Source: a virus | Taxonomy: Duplodnaviria > Caudoviricetes | Length of the DNA stretch: 43,552 nucleotides | IMG/VR virus record: IMGVR_UViG_3300005286_000039 | Location: 1-43,552 of that record | Direction: 5' to 3' (one strand) | Notes under the pieces: model-generated | What the model was told of the DNA's origin: nothing | Database searches by the model: none | What the model saw: the letters and a program-made list of their open reading frames with translations, nothing else | Shown here: positions 36,972-43,552 of the stretch, in pieces | How positions within the stretch are numbered: the stretch's first letter is position 1 | How the letters are laid out: every line of letters starts with the position of its first letter | Made by a program: the position numbers and the translations under genes

Positions 36972-39863
36972 GTGGCCGAAAAGGTGTTCGAGATCACGAT
37001 CAGTGCCACCCTCTCCTCCCGCTGGGCGTGGAACGCGGGCCTGGTCCTCGGCGGGGACTTCACCGAGGTCGCCGGGATCGTCGGCAACAATCCGCAGATA
37101 CGGCGCTCGGGCACGGGCGGCTACCCCGGCACCGGCCCGAACGTGGTGATCCGCGCCGGCGACCCCACGGGCGGGACTGCCGTGTACGAGGAGGTCCTGG
37201 GCGCCGTCCCGCCCAACGTCGGCAGCGGCTCCACCCTGTTCTCCGCCTCCTGGTCCCTGTCTCACCGCGTCGTGGTGGAGGACGACGAGACGGACGGCTT
37301 CGGGCCGAACTACGGCGCCGTCGTGGCCGGGAGCCTGGGGGGGTACCGCCTCGTCCTGAACGGCGTCACCAAGCTGGACTATGCCGTCCAACCCAGCAGT
37401 GCCAACCCCGCCTCGGGCCTGGCGCTCGGCCTCCTGAACGCCTTCCTGCCCTACGCGATCTCGCAGGGAATCCACGTCGGGGTGCCGACCTACGGGGCGA
37501 GCATCACCATCAGCGTCTCCGCCACGGGTTACACCCCCTCGCCCGAAGTGCCCGGCGTAGCGACCGCCTGGGGGAGCCTCACCAACCGCACGGCGGAGGC
37601 GGAGCCCGCGCCGGCCGCGACCAACACCACGTTCCCCGGTCAGTACGTCGTGAGCCTCCACCGGGCGGACCCCGCCGGCTCGCCCGCCTTCCAGGACACG
37701 CAGGCGAAAACGATCATCGACGTGATGACCACGCAGATGGGGGGCGGGGACACCGAGGCGGTCCCCTACGCCGTCCGATTCGCCAGCGAGCCGGCCGCGG
37801 AAACGGGGACCATTGGCGGCGGGGGCGGTGATTCGGCGCAGGTGGTTCGGGAGTGGGGCGGCATCCGCCTGGGCTACCTGTTTCAGTATAGGCGGTGGAA
37901 CTACTTTACGAACGCGACCATCGACTCGGGCTCCGCGTCCGGCACGAAATACTACGTGGGCGATGCTCTGACCGAGGTGGCTTCCTCCGCGGCTTTCCCG
38001 GCCGCACCGGGCCTGGCGGAGGTGAAGGTGGCGGACGCGCCCGGAGAGCAGCCCTACTACCGCTACAGCGGCAAGGAGGCCCCCGCGGCCACCGTTACCC
38101 ACGCCGCGGACGCGCACCTGTGGGGCGCCTCCGGCCTCGCCTTCGCGGACTACAGCGACGCGACCGGCGGCTGGCTGGAGAACACGCCGGGGCTGTCGCT
38201 GTCCTACCCCGGTGGAGTCCTGCAGGCGGACGCCACGGCCCTCGGCAGCGGCTCCGCCTACGCCTCGTGGCGCTGCCCGCTGGCTGTTGGCCGGACCCTG
38301 CTGGGGTACCGCTACCTGACGGTTCGCTTCCGCACGGTCGGCGCCGCGAACAAGGCAATCAGGTTCTTTGATCTGGTCGGCCCCTCGGTAACTTCCGGCG
38401 CGGATGGGGAGTGGGTTGAAGTCGATATCGACGCCATGGCCGGCAACACCTGGCGCCGCCGCGAGTTCATCAACCAGCCGGGGCCGCCCACAACCCTCTA
38501 CCAGGACTTCAACGTGCTGGTGCCCGCTGGGTGCGTGACGGAAATCGAGTGGATCAAGGGGCACCGCGACAACCCGACGCGACTGAGCATCTTTGGCAAT
38601 ACCGAGGGTGGCACATTTACCCTTGCCCGGATGCACGCGTTTACCGATGGCATGGAAACGCTTTCCCTCGCGCCGGGCGTGTCGGGGGCTGGGCTGGGAA
38701 CCATCGCCCTCGTGGCGGCGGCGGTGAACGATCGGCAGGGGTGGACGGGCTGGAGCATGGCGGCGCTCGACACCGGCAGCAAGTACTACTCTCAGGGCGT
38801 CGGGGCCGCCCACCTGGAGAGCGGGGGCGACTTCCGCGGCGTGCCCTCGGCGCTCGACCTGGCGCTTGCCCCGTCCGGCACCCTGAACGTGCGGCACGTG
38901 GCGCCGGCCGTGTCTCCCACGGCGCTGGGTACGCCTGCCGAGGGGGCGGACGATTCGGACGCGGACCCCGATGACGAGCGGCTCTACCACTACATCGTGT
39001 GCCTGCCGCAGGGCGGGCTTGCGGCCGCGTCATTGTTCGGCGGAGCGGACAAAATCGCCGCGGCGACGGTGGAGGCGCACCTGGAGTCCGACAGCAGCTC
39101 CCGGGGCGACGGTACGCCGGGGGCGGACGGCTTCGCAGCGCTGGGGGCTCCCTACCTGCGCTCTCGCCACGACGACGCCACTCGGGACCACCGTTTCAGC
39201 GTCACCGGCTCCGGCCTGACCGCGGCACCGCTGACGCCCTCTTCCGCGGTGGATGGGGCGGACTACGTTTACCCCGCCCCGTGGATGCAGCGGCTGCACT
39301 GGCCTTGGCGTTTGTTCGGGATCTTCGAATGGCTGAGCATGGACGTCTCAGCGACCGGCCGCCTGGTGCGGGTGGGGACCGTGGACGAGAACATCGCGAT
39401 CGCCTTCTCCAGTGACTACCCGGGCCAGGAGTGGAGCGACGAGGATACAGGCATCCCCGGCGAAACGCCCACGGTGCGGTACGAATTCCAGAGCGCGGTG
39501 CAGCGGGTGTGGCTGGCCTACCAGAGCAGTGACGACATTCTGCTGCGCTACAGCGACGACGAGGGGGTGACCTGGAGTATGCCGGCGACGGTCTGGGGGA
39601 GCGGCAGTTACCCCGCATTCGAGATCCTGCCGACTGGGATGCAGTACCACTACATCCGGACCACCGGCGGGGGCATTGACTGCAAACTGCTCGATCAGTT
39701 CCACAATGTGGTGGCCGGACCCCTGACGGCAGTGGCGTCAGGGGTGGACGACGCGCCCTTCGCGGTGCGCTTCGACGAGTCCGCGCAACGGTTCTACCTG
39801 GTCTACAGCAGCGGTGGTCTGGCGACGACGGTGGTAAGTGATGATGGGGAGACGTTCACGTGA
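36972..39863 (+). CDS. Large distal tail / receptor-binding candidate
   Basis: 963 aa rich in G/S/T/A; C-terminal Asp-box motifs YSDDEGVTWS and VSDDGETFT. Confidence 0.6.
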   Translation: MAEKVFEITISATLSSRWAWNAGLVLGGDFTEVAGIVGNNPQIRRSGTGGYPGTGPNVVIRAGDPTGGTAVYEEVLGAVPPNVGSGSTLFSASWSLSHRVVVEDDETDGFGPNYGAVVAGSLGGYRLVLNGVTKLDYAVQPSSANPASGLALGLLNAFLPYAISQGIHVGVPTYGASITISVSATGYTPSPEVPGVATAWGSLTNRTAEAEPAPAATNTTFPGQYVVSLHRADPAGSPAFQDTQAKTIIDVMTTQMGGGDTEAVPYAVRFASEPAAETGTIGGGGGDSAQVVREWGGIRLGYLFQYRRWNYFTNATIDSGSASGTKYYVGDALTEVASSAAFPAAPGLAEVKVADAPGEQPYYRYSGKEAPAATVTHAADAHLWGASGLAFADYSDATGGWLENTPGLSLSYPGGVLQADATALGSGSAYASWRCPLAVGRTLLGYRYLTVRFRTVGAANKAIRFFDLVGPSVTSGADGEWVEVDIDAMAGNTWRRREFINQPGPPTTLYQDFNVLVPAGCVTEIEWIKGHRDNPTRLSIFGNTEGGTFTLARMHAFTDGMETLSLAPGVSGAGLGTIALVAAAVNDRQGWTGWSMAALDTGSKYYSQGVGAAHLESGGDFRGVPSALDLALAPSGTLNVRHVAPAVSPTALGTPAEGADDSDADPDDERLYHYIVCLPQGGLAAASLFGGADKIAAATVEAHLESDSSSRGDGTPGADGFAALGAPYLRSRHDDATRDHRFSVTGSGLTAAPLTPSSAVDGADYVYPAPWMQRLHWPWRLFGIFEWLSMDVSATGRLVRVGTVDENIAIAFSSDYPGQEWSDEDTGIPGETPTVRYEFQSAVQRVWLAYQSSDDILLRYSDDEGVTWSMPATVWGSGSYPAFEILPTGMQYHYIRTTGGGIDCKLLDQFHNVVAGPLTAVASGVDDAPFAVRFDESAQRFYLVYSSGGLATTVVSDDGETFT

Positions 39864-39868
39864 TCTGG

Positions 39869-40357
39869 CTAATGGCCTTTTCGCTTGCCACTGCCGGGAC
39901 GACTTCTTGTGTGAGGCCGAACCAAGGTGCCGTCTTTCCGGCGGTAGCCCCTGACACTTACATCTCCTCCTGACGAAATGTAAGGTGATCCGCCAGAGGA
40001 CGCCGCCGGTACGTAAGAGGAGGCAGGAGGGGCATAGTAGTTACTGGATGGTGGCGAGGCGGCTTGGTTGACTTGGCCACGAAGCGCTTCCAATCGCGCC
40101 AGTGCCTGCGCGTCCGCCTGAGACTGCGCCTGTTGCCTCTGGTACGCGGCTGCTTCTGCGCTGTCGCGCTTTGCCTTCTCCGCCATAGCCCGCGCGTGTG
40201 CCCTCTCTTCTTCCGGCGAGAGACGCACCATCGGGGCCGGCGGAGCGGGGGGAGTAGTGGTGGGCTTGTTCGGTGCGCACATGCTGACGCATCCGCCGAA
40301 CAGGATCAGCGGCAGCAAACAACCAATCAGGGGATTCACCGATTTGCGACGGGCCAT
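39869..40357 (-). CDS. Antisense moron: membrane-anchored protein with basic C-terminal motif
   Basis: AAGGAG RBS, TM helix, helical linker, VSVRGYRRKDGTLVRPHTRSRP. Confidence 0.7.
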   Translation of the reverse strand: MARRKSVNPLIGCLLPLILFGGCVSMCAPNKPTTTPPAPPAPMVRLSPEEERAHARAMAEKAKRDSAEAAAYQRQQAQSQADAQALARLEALRGQVNQAASPPSSNYYAPPASSYVPAASSGGSPYISSGGDVSVRGYRRKDGTLVRPHTRSRPGSGKRKGH

Positions 40358-40397
40358 TACAGATCTCCTTCGGCCTTGCTCGCTTGCAATTACCGCC

Positions 40398-40450
40398 ATT
40401 ATGCCGCAGGTTGCGTGCCGCGGGGAAGGGCATCATTCCACGTGGAATGA
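40398..40450 (-). repeat. Promoter-like cassette (CATAAT) plus parS-like copy 3; duplicated at 43195-43253
   Basis: ATTATGCCGCAGGTTGYGTGCCG.GGGGAAGGG...ATTCCACGYGGAAYGA at both loci; core palindrome at 40434-40449. Confidence 0.75.
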
Positions 40451-40457
40451 CGGGGCG

Positions 40458-40808
40458 TTACATACAGCATATCCCGCTCAGTGGCGAGGTGTACACTCCC
40501 GGTCGCTTCACCGCGCCCGTGACGAACACCACCAGCTTCGTCGGCGCGGGCGAGGGGGGCGCCGCCGGCGCTGCTGCCTCGTCCTCGTCGGCCGCCGCCA
40601 GGGCCGGCTCGAAAGGAGGAAGAGCGTCCTCTGCGCCCGCGTCTCCCTTCGCCGGGACCGTGAACGCCGCTGCGTCCGACGCCGCGCTCCCGGTGGCCGT
40701 CGCCCGCCCCTGCTGCAGCATCCATGCGCCGGTCGCCAGGACCGCCAGTGTCCCCGCCAGCGCCGCCGCCCCCAGATACTCCCGCCCCGTCCACGCCTTC
40801 CACTTCAT
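40458..40808 (-). pseudogene. comEA: 5' part of interrupted comEA (TM anchor, linker, start of SLBB)
   Basis: GAGGAGG RBS; MKWKAW..TM..LVVFVTGAVKRPGVYT, then phage-derived SPLSGICCM and stop. Confidence 0.88.
40462..40493. other. Right prophage attachment junction (phage arm 40462-40488, core GTGTA 40489-40493)
   Basis: ComEA similarity stops exactly at PGVYT; the arm is symmetric with 109-135. Confidence 0.85.
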
Positions 40809-40943
40809 GTCTTTCGACCTCCTCAGCAGCGTGTTCCGGCAACAGTATAACAGCAGGCAGGCACCCGGAAGAGGTGCAAGGTAAAATTGCGGGAGACGTC
40901 CCGCGTATAATGCGAGAAAGCCAGGAAGGACGAGGCAGGCGCC

Positions 40944-41735
40944 ATGAGCACAAGTAGGGCCGGGAAAAGCGCATCTGCCCGGCGATGTTACGGCATCGGC
41001 CTCCGTCTCGGGCGCGCGGGAAAGCACCGGCAGGCTGTCACCTGGTTTCGCCGGGCGCTGCGCCTTTCCCCGGGCATGTCGGACTGCCACTACTCCCTCG
41101 GCGTTGCGCTGGGGGCGTTGGGCGAGTCGGAGGCGGCAGAGAAGGCCTACCGGGACGCCATAGCGTGTGACCCCTCGTGCGAACCGGCGTACTGGAACCT
41201 GGGAATCCTGCTGCACGAAACCGCAAGGCCGAACGAAGCGGCCGACGTCTGGTCGAGATTGGCAGGGTTGCAGCCCTACAACGCCTACCTTCATCTGCGC
41301 ATCGGCGACGCGCTGTTCACCGCGGGAAGAACCAGGGAGGCGCGGGAGGCCTACGACCTGGCGCTGCTCCTGAAGCCGGGGGACTGGCTCGCCCGGAACA
41401 AACTGGGCTGCCTGTTGATGGACCTGGGCCGATTCCGGGAGGCGATCGCGTGGTATCAGCAGGCTATCGCGCTGGACCCGCCGGAAAACCATCCCTACAT
41501 GAACCTGGGCATCGCGTACGACCGGGTAGGCGACCACGAACGGGCGCGGGAGGCGTACGGGGAAGCTATTCGCCGCGACCCGGAGGATGCGGATGCCTAC
41601 GTGAACCTGGGGGCGAGTTTCGAGGAGCAGGGGAGGACGGAGGAAGCGCGTGCGGCCTACACCAAAGCTCTCGCGATCGACGGCGCGCACGCGAAAGCGC
41701 GCGAGAATCTGGAAGCCCTCGGCCCGCCAGACTGA
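40944..41735 (+). CDS. Tetratricopeptide repeat protein (outside the prophage)
   Basis: Repeated A..NLG......G...EA...Y..AI..DP units. Confidence 0.9.
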   Translation: MSTSRAGKSASARRCYGIGLRLGRAGKHRQAVTWFRRALRLSPGMSDCHYSLGVALGALGESEAAEKAYRDAIACDPSCEPAYWNLGILLHETARPNEAADVWSRLAGLQPYNAYLHLRIGDALFTAGRTREAREAYDLALLLKPGDWLARNKLGCLLMDLGRFREAIAWYQQAIALDPPENHPYMNLGIAYDRVGDHERAREAYGEAIRRDPEDADAYVNLGASFEEQGRTEEARAAYTKALAIDGAHAKARENLEALGPPD

Positions 41736-41862
41736 GCCGAGGGCGTCTGCAATCGGATGCCGCCCGCGCGAGGTTCGGGACGAATGGCAGTCCGCCGCGC
41801 AACGGGTGCCGCTGGCCGACAAGAGCGAGACGATATCCGCTGCTCTATAGAAACAAGGTGGC

Positions 41863-41893
41863 CGCCCCCTGACGCTACCGTCGTCAGGGGGCG
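41863..41893. terminator. 12-bp hairpin between convergent genes
   Basis: CGCCCCCTGACG/CGTCAGGGGGCG; no clear U-tract. Confidence 0.4.
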
Positions 41894-41997
41894 ATCATGT
41901 GCCCTTCGTGTGCCCTTCGTGGTGCGCTGCTCTACCGGGTGTACCGAAGCGGCGGCCTGCCGACGGTGGTCAGCGACACTGGGGGTGTTTGCGTAAT

Positions 41998-43143
41998 TTA
42001 GGCGCTCTGTGCCCCTGGCAGAACCTGCTTGACCGCTTCGGCTAATACGGCCTCCATGTTCGCGATCTCTTCGACGCTATCCACCTGAGTGCGGGCCAGA
42101 CCGAGGTACGCCGGTGCTTCCTGCCATTCGTATTTCGGGGCCAGTTCACGCACACGGTCTATGGGCAAGCGCAGGGCAACGGTTTTCTTCTCGCGGTCCT
42201 GAATGAGCATGCGGCAGAACCACCGCGTAGTCACGCCGTACTGGACCGAAAAATAGCTGCCGGTGTCATTGGCCTTCAGCTTCTCGGGTTCGGGAACATG
42301 CGGCGAGACAAGCTCTCGGATGATCTCAAAGGCCCGCAGTTCTTCTTCGGTTGTGACGACGCCTTTGTTGTCTTCGTCCGCAATCGGGGGCTCAGAATCA
42401 CTGGTTTCGGTAGATGGGACTGGTTCCAATACGGCTGCCTGGGGTAGGAGGCTTTGCTGGACAATCTCCAGAATGGCCGCATTGATGGACTCTTTGACGA
42501 GAGGCCGGAATCGGTCAATCACCTTTTGGGTGACACGCGTCTCGACGATCTGAGCTTCCTTCACTGCGAAGCTGATGAAGTCATCGGACGGTTCGCGCAG
42601 AAGCCGCTTAAACTGGCTCTTCAGCGATCCCAGGAACACCAGGTCTTCAGCATAACCGACCAGGCTGTCCATATTGAACACATCTTTGCGGAAGCGTTCC
42701 AAAACGCCGGTCTCAGTATCGCCGAACCGCTCGAAGTCGAACTCAAAGAAGGGCTTCTTGTCCAGCATGTTCGGCTCTTGCAGGTCCGTGAAGAAGCGAT
42801 ACTGTATGCCGTTCGTGATGATTGCGAACTTGACTTCCGGAGTGCTGTTGAAGTATTTCGCAAGCTGTGCGTCGTAGTTGGTCAGGGGTTCGTTTGGCCC
42901 CTTCGCCTCTACGAACAGCACGGGCTTCCCGTGGATTTGGAGGCAGTAGTCGATCTTCTCCGAAACCTTGGCCCATCCGGCTTTGTACTCGGGAATCAAT
43001 TCCGCGGGGTTGTAGATATCAAACCCCAGGAGGGCCAGGAAAGGCAGGATTAACGCCTGCTTGACCGCCTCCTCTGTAACAACGTGTTTGCGCCGCTCCT
43101 CGATTTGATTCCCGAGGGTGCGGATGTTGTCGGCAAACCCCAT
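41998..43143 (-). CDS. HsdR_N (type I restriction R N-terminal) PD-(D/E)xK nuclease-domain protein
   Basis: TEEAVKQALILPFL..LGFD, PEY, EKIDY, VEAK, QL.KYF, ITNGIQYRFFTD; AAGGAG RBS before ATG 43143. Confidence 0.85.
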   Translation of the reverse strand: MGFADNIRTLGNQIEERRKHVVTEEAVKQALILPFLALLGFDIYNPAELIPEYKAGWAKVSEKIDYCLQIHGKPVLFVEAKGPNEPLTNYDAQLAKYFNSTPEVKFAIITNGIQYRFFTDLQEPNMLDKKPFFEFDFERFGDTETGVLERFRKDVFNMDSLVGYAEDLVFLGSLKSQFKRLLREPSDDFISFAVKEAQIVETRVTQKVIDRFRPLVKESINAAILEIVQQSLLPQAAVLEPVPSTETSDSEPPIADEDNKGVVTTEEELRAFEIIRELVSPHVPEPEKLKANDTGSYFSVQYGVTTRWFCRMLIQDREKKTVALRLPIDRVRELAPKYEWQEAPAYLGLARTQVDSVEEIANMEAVLAEAVKQVLPGAQSA

Positions 43144-43254
43144 GATCTCAGTCTCTCCTTGCTTTGTGGCTATAAGCCTCATTGGCATTAGGAGATTATG
43201 CCGCAGGTTGTGTGCCGGGGGGAAGGGGACGGGCATTATTCCACGCGGAACGAA

Positions 43255-43300
43255 AGCAGCGGCCAATGCCTTAAAAGGGCACTGCTCTACCACTCTCCGG
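43255..43300 (-). pseudogene. tRNA-Lys(UUU)-like remnant
   Basis: AGTGGTAGAGCA, then paired anticodon arm GTGCC-CTTTTAA-GGCAT, then TGGCCGC; T arm and acceptor stem degenerate. Confidence 0.4.
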
Positions 43301-43302
43301 CA

Positions 43303-43378
43303 AGGGAGGAGGATGGGACTCGAACCCGCCACCGTCCCTGTACGAGTCCCCTGCTCTAACCGGCGAAGCACCACCCGC
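43303..43378 (-). pseudogene. Degenerate tRNA-like sequence
   Basis: CCGGTTAGAGCA D-loop and GGGTTCGAGTCCC T arm at tRNA-like spacing; anticodon and acceptor stems do not pair. Confidence 0.45.
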
Positions 43379-43400
43379 TGCGCTGACATTACTGCTGCAT

Positions 43401-43416
43401 CAATCCACGTGGAATG
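43401..43416. promoter_or_regulatory. parS-like palindrome, 1 mismatch
   Basis: CAATCCACGTGGAATG; a more degenerate copy lies at 43237-43252. Confidence 0.5.
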
Positions 43417-43470
43417 CTGTAGAGGGTTAATGTCTTGACTGCGTAAAGCTTTATCGCTTACACTGTGGGC

Positions 43471-43552
43471 ATGGTCGCCCAAGTCGTCTCCTGCCCATTC
43501 TGTCATCAGCGCGATCCCATCGTCCCGCACGGGCGCAATCGCGGCGGCACGG
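43471..43552 (+). mobile_element. Start of a probable IS1-family (InsA zinc-ribbon) transposase, truncated by the window end
   Basis: MVAQVVSCPFCHQRDPIVPHGRNRGGT resembles InsA V.CP.C....V..G....G; promoter TTGACT-18-TACACT at 43435-43464. Confidence 0.55.

Larger units (their letters stand above)
107..40493. mobile_element. Complete-looking temperate prophage (HK97-fold capsid, non-contractile tail) integrated in comEA
   Basis: Integrase, immunity, replication, packaging, head, lysis and tail modules lie between two att junctions. No tail sheath recognised. Confidence 0.93.

Noticed and set aside
40809-41822. 454-aa minus ORF extending the comEA stub
   Set aside because: Upstream part is antisense to the TPR gene; the real start is ATG 40808 with an RBS.
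43255-43378. Functional tRNA genes or a tRNA attachment site for the main prophage
   Set aside because: Cloverleafs are incomplete, and the prophage ends are already explained by the comEA junctions.
43144-43530. N-terminal extension of the 510-aa ORF
   Set aside because: Covers the promoter cassette, tRNA remnants and IS start; the RBS supports ATG 43143.
1-43552. CRISPR array, diversity-generating retroelement, retron, invertible tail cassette
   Set aside because: No repeat-spacer array, reverse transcriptase, template/variable repeat pair or second recombinase seen by eye.

Overview
High-GC bacterial window dominated by one apparently complete ~40.4 kb temperate siphovirus-like prophage (107..40493). 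A large serine integrase has inserted it into the host competence gene comEA: the 5' part of comEA lies at 40458..40808 (-), the 3' part at 1..111 (-), and joining them at a shared GTGTA core restores an in-frame SLBB domain. Prophage order: integrase; DUF3800 gene with a structured downstream RNA; ImmA/IrrE protease, XRE repressor and Cro-like switch with 17-bp operators; early/replication genes (RecT/Bet-like, beta clamp, ParB, SNF2 helicase-methyltransferase fusion, RuvC-like, replication initiator with iterons); terminase; portal-MuF fusion; HK97-type protease and capsid; head-tail genes interrupted by a lysis cassette; tail genes; and two antisense morons. Right of the prophage are a TPR gene, an HsdR_N-type nuclease gene, two degenerate tRNA-like remnants and the start of a probable IS1-family transposase. 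The most notable unexplained signals are a repeated parS-like palindrome CATTCCACGTGGAATG alongside a phage ParB with non-canonical recognition residues, a slippery site that would truncate the portal-MuF fusion, and the DUF3800 gene/RNA pair. All product calls come from motif recognition by eye; no database search was run.
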